A stretch of 64,000 nucleotides of DNA from Podarcis filfolensis (taxonomy: Eukaryota): NCBI GenBank assembly GCA_964270895.1, contig OZ185441.1. The stretch is one strand, 5' to 3'. Each line of letters starts with the position of its first letter. Positions within the stretch are counted from its first letter, which is position 1. The position numbers and the translations under genes were made by a program. A model generated the notes under the pieces. That model made no database searches and was not told the origin of the DNA. It worked only from the letters and a program-made list of their open reading frames with translations. This document shows, piece by piece, positions 48,132 through 58,192 of this stretch.

Positions 48132-51100
48132 AGATAGAGGGAAGACATCACTGTGATGCTTTGTAAAGGATCTTGAATTGGCAAATGCAGGGTGTGGGAG
48201 TTTTCCAAGTCTGTTATATCATCCCTGTGGCTGCCTCTTATGTAGTTTGAATTAATACAGCATGCACCAGAATTTTCTTGTAGTGAGTAATTTTTCCAAC
48301 CATGGAATCTTAAATTGAGGTGATGAAAGAAATCTGTCATGAATATCAATCCACCAAGCATTGATAAAAAGTTTAAGGTTTCCTTGACTAATGAGGTGTG
48401 AAATTTATTGTCATGCACCACAGTGTTCAGAGTAAATGTTCTATTTCACTGGCAATGTTCTGCAATGGGATCCAGTCATGCACTGGAATTAAATAAAATA
48501 AAATATGCCTATGTAAGCCTAGTCCCTTAAAAAAAATTACAATGTGTTATCTACATCTTCTTCATCCAAAATACCATGATTGTGAAAGCAGGAATTCAAC
48601 TTCTTTGGGTTTGCGGGGCTGATTAGTTTCCCAAATGACAACACAAAATCATTTATAGTGTTAAGACCTACCCTACTGTGGTGGGTCTTAGTTTCCATTT
48701 GGAAGTTGCATTGCAGTTAGTTTATTTCAACATGAGAGAAGTGAGGATTTCAGTCTATTGAAGAGAATCTTGATTTACAATCAAGACTGGGGTTGGAATT
48801 TGATGTTATGGCAACCACGAGTCTGATGCAGACAACATCAGCCCTCTGTTGTCTCCTCCGTTCTCCCTTGTAATGTCTAGTCATATTCAAGTATGATGTC
48901 ATCAGGCTGCACGTTTCCCCCAGCCACTATGCGTCATTTGCTGCCCCTTGCCAGGGCAGGGAAAATTATCGTGTGGTGACATGTTATGCGTTCAGCATCC
49001 CTAGATGTTACAAGCCAAAGGGGAGGAAAGAAAAATGGATGGCTGTTTTGGATGGCAGCTTTGTGTTTGCTGTAATGTCTAGTTCAAACCTGAGGAAGTA
49101 TGAGGCAGGTTTGCACCCTACCGTTCTGAATGCTTTAGCGATTTCTGTGTGCAAGTTTTCTCCATTCTTGCTCAGCAACTACTTTGAGGAGGGGCACTTT
49201 GAGGGAGGTGTGGCGTGCTACCTATCTCCCAGTGTGAACTGCCAGCGAATTTTGCTCCAATAGCTACTACCCTTGCTTTCAGTCACAAACACCTCTTTTG
49301 TCTCTGGGTTAGCAATTGCATGAAAGCAAGCAGTTGCTATTCAGAGGGCCAAGTTTGGCCTTAGAGCCGATCCTTGTCCTACATCGTCAGTGGGAAACCT
49401 CTGGCCTTTGGGCTAAATTTAATGCTTAGAGCAAGCCCCGCTAGGATTGGCTGCACTAGGGCGTTGAAGCTGAGCTGCAAAGGAAAAATAGGAAGTTCAC
49501 CTAGAATGTGTTCCCAGCTCTTTCCTTGACATTGATGGTAATGTCATGATTCTGTCAGGTGACTGACAGGTCTGCAGTCCTAACAGCCACCCTGTCCTAT
49601 ATGATTGCTTATAAAGCTGTGTCTCCCACTGGAAATCTCAAGAAATAAGATGATTTCTCCGCAATACACAAATATGTATGTATGTTCAACATTTCACGTG
49701 CCTCACATATACCACACTAAACTTCGTAACTCATGAAATGGCCCTTGGATAAGAAGAGAGAAGTGTTAGCATACTCAGAATGTTGTCTCTCCTCCCCCCC
49801 CCCCCATCTCTCTCTCACACACAATGCACATGTAGATTTCAGCTATAAATCTCAGAATAGGATGGAAAGGAAACCTCATAATATTGAAAAGAAATGCTGT
49901 GTTTTTGAGAGTGAAAGGGTGGTGATTATGGTATTGTTAGTGGTAAATTAAGGTTACAGACCATTTATGTTTCTATAAAATCGGGGAAAATGTGAAAATA
50001 GGTTTTGATATAAGGTTACAGAATTTGTTTATAAAAGTTAATAAACATTAAATAACTTGCAACACATGGAAACTGTATTCAGTTTATCTACATTTACACC
50101 CCTCATTGCAACTCTCCATGTCTCCAGGGCGGCTTAACAGTTAAAAAGGAAATTTTAAAATGCAGTGCAATGAATGAAATACTAAAATAAAACTGGCAAA
50201 ACCAGTAGATTTAAAAAAATCTCAGAGAAGCACAACAGAGTAACAACATTACTCCCATCTGCTTAACAGATAAATGAAGTATCTATCTTTCTTTTTTTTT
50301 GATATTGCTTGATAAGAAGAGGCTAGGGAAAGCATATTTTCAGATTCCCCAGGTTTCCCTACAGAGTTTTAATTCCTTCTTCTTTAGTTCTGCATAACAC
50401 CAGGCTATCCAGCAAAGTAAACGTTCCACCCTTATCTTGCATGCCAAGCTGACTTCAGCATCTGAGAAGCTTAAGAACTCGATACATCAAATTACCCTGC
50501 TCGAACTGTTGTTTAGTGCAGGCCATTTTGTCCTGTCATCCTTGTGACAGGATGTCAAAGCTTTGCTTTCCGTTGCCAGCATCTGCAGGAATCTGATATG
50601 CTACCTCCTCATTACACAGGGGACAAACATCAAGCAATGGTGATGGAAACCAGCAAGTCAGACAGCTGCAGGCACTGGAAACTTCTGCTGCTGGACTGCA
50701 TCAGCCTTGTGCTAGAAATAATTTTTCCCTCTCTCAACTTCTTTATTCAATTATGTTGGCTTTTTTTTAACATTCTGCTTTTCTTACAACAGCTTCGTTT
50801 CTTATTGCATGTTTTTTATTGTACTAAAAGCAAACAGAAAAGCATGCAAAACTTCGAAGATTTTTCTGAGAAATCATAATATATTCTGTGGCAGCAAATA
50901 CCTATCTCTTTGTTCAGCCACTTTATCGAGCCAATGCAATCTTTTCTCATAATATATAAGAGCTTTCTAGAAGAAGAAAAACCAGATGATCCTGTTAAGG
51001 CCTCCCACTTACAAGCATGAATCTGGGAGAGAGAAAACAAGAATCTTGTTACTCTTCTTTATGATTTAACAAACTTACCAAAACACCCATTTCATCAAGC

Positions 51101-51320
51101 AGTATTTAACATAATAAACACTAGTACAAAAATCTTCCATTCTTCTATTTTACTAATTTGTTCAAGGTCTCTTTAGCTTTAACATCCACATTTAACTTAT
51201 CCCTTACATACTTAATCACCGAACATTGTTTTCCTTAAAATACTTCTAATAGATTTTTAAGTTATCTGTAAATACTTTACTTAGTCAGCCTCCTTAGCTG
51301 CCCAGAGAACTATTTTCATT

Positions 51321-51397
51321 GCAATCCTAACCATATCTACTTTGAAGTCCTATTTAATGAAGTGGGCCTACTCCCAAGTAAGTGGAGTTAGGATTGC
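51321..51397. repeat. 77-bp element with 11-bp perfect terminal inverted repeats
   Basis: gcaatcctaac (51321-51331) ... gttaggattgc (51387-51397). Related to 36866-36949 and about 61910-61980. Confidence 0.65.
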
Positions 51398-51694
51398 CAC
51401 CTTTATTCTTTTCCCTTTTTAAATCCTCAAACAGCTTGTCTGTGTTTAAAGCTACACTTAAGTGCTTACCCATAACCAAATAGGAGGAAGTTTCACAATT
51501 ACTCAACATTGTGGGCAGGGGTCTTTCCCATGGATTCAGCCCAGCCCTCCCATGTGACTAGCTCTTACTCACGTTGCTGGGTCATTTAAACAACCTTCCA
51601 GCCATCCCAGAGCAACTTGCATAAGCAGCTCCCCTGAGCTGTGAAAAGCAATTTTAAAAGGTACATCATAAAGAGGCCAAATCAGCTGCTAGAG

Positions 51695-51773
51695 GATAAG
51701 GGGAGGGGCATGCGCCTTGAAAGCAAAGGCAAGTGACAAACCCATTGCCCAATCAGCCGCATTGATGCACGTG
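51695..51773. promoter_or_regulatory. Candidate promoter/enhancer motif cluster
   Basis: GATAAG, GGGGAGGGGC, GCATGCGC, GCCCAATCAG and CACGTG within 80 bp. Motif evidence only. Confidence 0.3.
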
Positions 51774-52315
51774 CCTGTCCTGCCTTCTCTGAAGCTCTCA
51801 ATAATACAAACGAAAGCGAAGCATCCATTGACTTCTTGTCATGATTTTAGTCTGCATTGTTATTTTGTTTTAGTTTTTTTTTAGTTTGCAGGCTATATAG
51901 TTCTAATTAGATAGGCTGCTTAGGATGCCTAGAATTGTGCTCGTGCTTTTTGACGTCTGCAGTTGCAATGGATATTGGGTTTTCGAAAAGAATAGTTTGA
52001 GGAGGAGTCATCTGGTGATGTTAAGCTGGCTGGTTTGAGGAAAGTCATAGTACTGAATGGCCATTTCTTGTGGCAGGTATTATGGCGCTTTTCCTACAGA
52101 TAATGTTCATATTCCATGCCTTTTTTTCTATAGAGAAAGAGAAAGTTTAAGAGGCAGTAGTCATATGAACCAAGCATCCCCAGGTGCAGTGTACAGCAGT
52201 ACAATAGATCAAGTATTTTATTGTGTTGCCCATTCTAGTGTTCATAAAACCATTTATTTGTTTTGTTCTTTGCCAGTTTTGAAATAACGAATTAGTATAG
52301 CAATCTTTCCCAGTT

Positions 52316-52420
52316 GGCATCTGTATTGGAATTGTTTTTGGATGTTTTAATTCTTTTATTGCTTGTGTGTTTGCTGCCCTTGGCTCCTTTGGGAGGAAGG
52401 GCGGGTTATAAATTAATTAA
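52316..52420 (+). mobile_element. L2 LINE extreme 3' tail
   Basis: A T-rich stretch followed by tttgctgcccttggctcctttgggaggaagggcgggttataaattaatta, the typical squamate L2 terminus (recalled). Confidence 0.55.
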
Positions 52421-52880
52421 TTGTTAGTTCCCAGAATATACCAAAGATTGTGATTAAACAGTAAAGCCACGAGGCAAAGTACAGAAGTGATTTGCAGGGA
52501 GAGACTAAAAATCCAGGCAGCAAGAGTTGTTTCCTGCATGGAACAAAAGTATACATCGTATCAGCAGTAAAAAAGACAAACTCCAAACCAAAAGGCTTCA
52601 AAATGCTTCTGACATATCCAGCTTGTTTTCTCTTGCGCTCATTTCCTAATTTGCTCTTCCACATGTTTCAGTGTTAGAGACAATTTATGGAAATGACGCC
52701 TCAGGACCATGACCCGTTTTGTGTGGATGTCAGACTTCTATCTGATTCCTGCCGTCTGCTTTTGCAGCCTTCCTTAGATCAAGCTTATATTTATGGAGAG
52801 TTTGGTGTCTGAGTTTCATTCAGGGGCAGTCTTGAACTCGACCCTCTGCTCTGGGTCCTGCTTTAATTTTGTGATTAAAC

Positions 52881-53090
52881 CAGGGGTGCCAACCCTTTTG
52901 GGCCCTTGGGCACTCTTGCAAACCAGAGAAACTGTTGTGGGCGCCATGCACGCACCACAAGTGTGTTCACATGCATGCACCACAGCCAAACACAGGCACA
53001 CGTGGAGCACAACCACATGCTCACTCTCTCCCCTCCCACCAAAGTGAAATCTCCAGCCACTTGATGCGCTGGAGCCAATAGAACATCTGG
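52881..53090. mobile_element. Truncated hAT/Charlie-like element, left end
   Basis: Begins caggggtgccaacccttttgggcc..gggcgcca. No matching right TIR found. Confidence 0.4.
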
Positions 53091-53789
53091 TGTTGTTTGC
53101 AAAAGACTTTTACCGTACATTCACTCTGTGGTTTCATTTCCAAAAAACTGTTATCTCCCGAAATAATATTGTTCTGAGAAGTTAATGCTGCAATTACACT
53201 TTTTTTTCAGATAAGCTATGCCATAATGGTATATTTATATGAAACCATTTTGAGTTCTGTTTGGCTGTTCATTGTTGTTTGATCGCTCCCTGAGTCAAAT
53301 GAACATTTCAGTGGTTCTGCCAAGTGATTTTACAATATTACAGTGTTGCCTCCCAGCAGCAGGCTATTTTATTAAGAGTGTAGTTATGTCATACTGAGCA
53401 GCTCACTTTAAGCTTACCCAAATCTACTAATTACCAAGGAAGATGCTGCCTTGTAGAAAAAGGATCATATCTATTTCCTATAGCAGCAGTTGTCATCATC
53501 AGCTCCCATAGATTATAGATTAGTTCTCCAATTTCTGGGCCTGGTGAACTAAATTCAGACAAAGAAAGTGTCATCTTGCCTTGACTGCCTCTTGGATAAC
53601 TGAAATTGATCACAATTCCGAATCTGCAATTTTAAATTAATACCTGTAAATGTTAAAGTTTACCCAATCTAAGTACCACACTCGTGGAAGTGAGGTTTTA
53701 AATCTCCAGTGACCCGTTCTCCATTTCAGTCTTACTTACAGCCCCAAGTAATACTTTATCTTTGTATTGCAGTACTGAACCAAGCTCTC

Positions 53790-53915
53790 TTGTCCAAGAA
53801 GGTTGTCCTCTCTGGACAGCTGAGAACCTTGTACAAGGTGCTTAAATGATTGGTGGATTATCTAGATCCATTTCAATCTGTCTTCAGGCCTGGTTTTTGA
53901 CACCAGAACTATCTC
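53790..53915 (+). mobile_element. Short decayed L2 RT fragment
   Basis: 53856 onward translates DYLDPFQSVFRPGF*, matching the L2 RT motif LDPFQSGFRPG.GTET. Confidence 0.55.
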
Positions 53916-55014
53916 AGGAAAGAGACCAAAGGAGTGATTCTTCTTGATTCTTCAAGATAGCTGGGAATATCTTTCTCAAGGAGACATTAATAAACTTATT
54001 GATCCACCCCATCAGTCATCAATAGCAAGATGACAAAGTATGCAGGTAGTTACTTATATCTGTCCAAGTACTTAATCAGGCTGCACCCACTGAAACTGAT
54101 CCTATTCAGCTGGATAGCATGGTGTTCTGGCTACATCCATGCTGCTCCAAGAGTGGTGTCAAGGTCAGCATGGAGAATTATAAATATTTGGAAAGGCCAC
54201 CATGATCAGTATAATCCAAAGGTGTGCAGAACATAATGTGGAACTCCCACAGTTTAGCCATAGCCCTAGTTGTGTAAATCTATCATTGGTGAAATGTTTG
54301 GACTCATTAGTTGGGTCTACTGTAGGTATGTTGCTCTGACAGGACATAAATATTTTTATTTTCAGTCCATATCATGAAAACCATACAACGTATGACATCT
54401 TTCTCAGTATCTGCTCAGAACCTCAAAAGCAACATTTTTAAAGCTGTAAGTGATCAGTATAATTTCCAATAAAAATAGAAAATATGTGGCCTTTTTTGAA
54501 TGAGCTCATTTAACTACTTCAGTCTTTCATATTTACTGCATTACATCAGTGTGTATATAGCGTTAGATCAGGTTTCATAATAGCTGAACAAATAATTTAA
54601 AATCAGTCCCCTGTCTAGGAATATATTTTTGTAAGTTACTATTCTTACATAACTATTCAGATTAATAGGCTTTTTTTTTCTAAGGAAGGGAAAAATAAAA
54701 TGATAGCTGTGTAATGATTTCTACTTTGCAATATTATTTTTTGCAAAATACATTGGCTGTGATCCATAGGACAGATCTAGACATATCTCAAGGTTCTTCT
54801 AGTTATTTTTGAACAAATCCCGTAAACTGCTTTTGAAGTCTATTGACTTCAAGCAGCTTGGCAATAAAGAACCACGAAAGTTAATTGCTGTTCAGTAGTA
54901 TTTTAGCTAGTGTACATAATTTTGTTGACATTTAGATGACCTACTTTGTGGCTGAGTGGAAGCCAACTAGTTTATTCAACAAGGTGGCAACTTTCATATA
55001 TGTACCCCACATCT

Positions 55015-55038
55015 GATTGATTGATTGATTGATTGATT
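55015..55038. repeat. (GATT)6 microsatellite
   Basis: Counted directly. Confidence 0.85.
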
Positions 55039-56035
55039 AAATTTATATGCTCACTCATTAATTAATATACCATACCATTTACATGGCACTAATATTAAAA
55101 TTAGATTTTAAAAGCCTGTCAAAATACATTGTTCTGTAGACTATATCTTTGAAAGGCAATTATTTTTTAATTGTTCAGCATCTACAGAGTTTATGCCTAG
55201 CCATGTTGGTAGAGCACTCTCCTTATTTTGGTGATGACGTAAAATGCTATTTAAGGTATAATGAACCATTTGAATTTGATAATTGTAATACAGAAGTGTG
55301 ATTAAACACATTAAACTGCTGGTCAGCCATTGGTTCATGTCATTACCTGTTTCCTCCTGGCACTTTATAACTTCTCAAATTTAACAGTGAGAATTTCTTT
55401 ATTTTTATATTTCAATTCAGAAAGAGCAAATACTATATTCACAAATGCAACATCTGTTCTGATTTCTGCTCTGCAAGGGAGAAACTATACTAGACAGATC
55501 AACTGCAATGAAGTTTTTAGAACAGCTGAAAAAGAATCTAATTTATTGGCAAACTTGACAGTTATGATGCATCCTGGACGAAGCCACTGGCTTAGGCCTA
55601 TTTCAGCACACAGCAGTTGTTGAAAAGTAAGTTTTCAGCCTCTGGAAAACTGAAACAATTGAGCCAAACAGATTGAATCAATTTAATTGCGATCTACAAA
55701 TCATAAGAAAACAGTATTGCACTTATATAAAAAAGACGCTATAGTTTTTCTAAGAATTGGCTTACAAAGGTATAATTGTTCATAGGAAAAAGAGACAGTA
55801 TACAGTTTAATTTCCTCTTAAAATCCTAATCCTAATACTGTTTCATAGTACAATGGTCTTTCATATTTCATATTCTACAGCAGGTGGATATGTTAGCATG
55901 CGAGTGCTTTCAGAACATGGCTGAAGAAATAGTGAGATTGCGTTCCATCACATAATTTCAGCTTATTTTCTATGAAAGAGCCATGATGCAACCCTATTTA
56001 GTTAATTTAAAGAACATTTGTTGTAGTGAAATAAG

Positions 56036-57157
56036 TTTTTTTTTTTTTTTTTTAAAATAATATTTATTAAAATTTTTCAAAAATACAAAAAATATCACTT
56101 TACGGGACTCCCCCCTTCCCCCACCCCTACCATATTCCCCTTTCATATTGTTGGCCAAACAAGTTCCCCATTCAAATTGAAACTTAATTTGTTTTACAGT
56201 AAAAAAAAGAAAAAAAAAAAAAAAAACCCAGTGTTCTTTCCCCAAGACCCACCCCATGTCATTCCACAATTTCCATTTTTTAATAAAAGAAGCACCCCAG
56301 ATAATAGAAACAGAAAAGGTAGAGAATAAAAAAATATAATGAATAATAGACCAATTCAGCAAAAAATAACCAAGTTGGCAAGCCTTTGGAGTTTTAGTTC
56401 TCCCCCCCCTGTCCCCGGTTTAATTTCCCCCTGACCATCAACCCCTGGTGTCTGCCTGGAATTCTTAAGACCATAAATCACAACTTTTCCCCAGCTCCTT
56501 GCTGGCTTTTTCTTTTTTAAAATTAAAAATAAATTTTTTTGAAAATCAAAATTATTATTATTATCATTATTTTTCAAAACTTTAACTTCAGTCTTTAATA
56601 AAACTGTAATAGAACTCCCTCCATTGTTCTTTCCAGGTTGTAGTCTGATTTCCCTTTGTTCCGCTGCTAAAACGTTGTAGTTCGAAAGTTTGGTAAGTCT
56701 GCAGGGATGGTTGTTATTCAGGGGCAAAACCTTACGTTCAGTCCCTTCCTTTCTTCAATAGAAAAATCTATTGTCTCCTTTAAAAAAACAAAAAAGAAAA
56801 CACCCTGAAGACGAGATGTTATTTCCGTTTTGCAGCTTTCCCAGAAGATAACCAGTCCTGTAAAGTTCCATTGGTGTTTTTCCACTTTCCCAATCCTTGT
56901 AATGTCCCGAAACTCCTCAAGGGGGATTGTTGTATCTTTGTTTCCTCTAATCCAAAAGTCAATTTGTTATCCATATTCGCCATTTTGTATCCAAATTTTA
57001 ACAAGTTGTAGCAAATTGTATCAAATTTAACCAGCCAAGTTCTCATAATAAAATCCACTCCGCTTTTCGACTTTGACAGCTATTTTGACAGCTGTCAAGA
57101 TCTCCGACTCCTTTCACCAGGCTCTCTCTTCAGTCACCCCGGTTCCCAGGGGGGGGG
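56036..57157 (-). mobile_element. ~1.1 kb polyadenylated retroposon (L1-type insertion hallmarks, no RT/EN ORF detected)
   Basis: Direct repeat gttgtagtgaaataagttttt at 56020-56040 and 57158-57178. T18 at 56036-56053 is a poly(A) on the minus strand, with AATAAA (tttatt, 56063-56068) 9 nt upstream of it. G-rich tract near the 3' end. The minus-strand ORFs show no RT or EN motifs. Confidence 0.85.
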
Positions 57158-58084
57158 GTTGTAGTGAAATAAGTTTTTGCCTGGAAGAGAAACACACAGT
57201 CATCAGCTGGTATTGATTAGTACAAACTACCAATGCATAACATTTACCCTCCCCCCAAAAAATAGAATTTTGACAGACAGAGCAAATACAATTATGTATA
57301 TCTTGTGTCACACATTCTTTCTAAAGAAAACAGTTCTAAGGCCTACCGTATCTGATCATCACTCCAGTAATGCAGATTCCTGCTCTGGCAGTCTCTTCCC
57401 ATCCCTTCAGCAATTTGTTTCTGGAAATAAATCCCTCTTCCCCTTTGGGTCTTAATCATGGTTTATTTGTATATCTCCTATTTATATGAAAGATTTCAAT
57501 CAACCAGAAGGACACAATGCTTTGATGCAATAGAACAAGGGAGAACATAAAGCCCATGGATTGGATGTGGAAGGTGGAGTCTCTTACCTGCCCTGCTGCC
57601 TCCCCTCCTTACCCCATGCCCATGCAGGAATTTGGCTTTTTAAAAGCTTCCATTCATGCCAAATGGAACCTTATTTTTAGCCTAATTGTTGCTTGGGCAT
57701 GCTCTGGTGGCGATGATCACAGTTGGGAGGATAATTCTAATTCTCTAGTCCCTACACACTGTAAAGCCCTCTTCCCAAAAGCTTTCAGTGGTGTTAATGG
57801 GAACTTTTTTTAAAAAAAAAGCCAAGCCTAATTGCAAAGGAAGAGAGAGAAAAGCGGGGAAGGAATGGGGAGGATAAAGGAAGAGAGAAAGAGAAAGAGA
57901 GAGAATGGAATTGATGGAAGGTGAGAGGGGCAGCTTTCACCTTGCCCAGTTTTAGCTCTAACTCTGCCCACCACTGTCATGCAACCCTTGTGGTGTAGTA
58001 AATGTTCAGGAGCTCATCCTGGCAGCCCCCATAGCCATGACCCCAGGGATGGGCTGTTAGGATCAGCTGACAGTCATAGAATAG

Positions 58085-58192
58085 TGTGTTAGCAAAGGTA
58101 TTGGTTAACATATTAGATGTTGGCTGGATTTACATCCCTGATTAGCCATGAAGTTCATTGGTTGACCTTGGGCCAGTCAGTGAGTCTAGCCA
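58085..58192 (+). mobile_element. Old, decayed MIR/Squam3-like SINE fragment
   Basis: agccatgaagttcattggttgaccttgggccagtca matches the CORE-like block of the SINEs at 16970 and 40663. Confidence 0.45.

Noticed and set aside
47861-48421. Longest ORF in the track (186 aa, minus strand)
   Set aside because: Runs through a hAT MITE and AT-rich intron with no recognisable domain. Consistent with a chance ORF.
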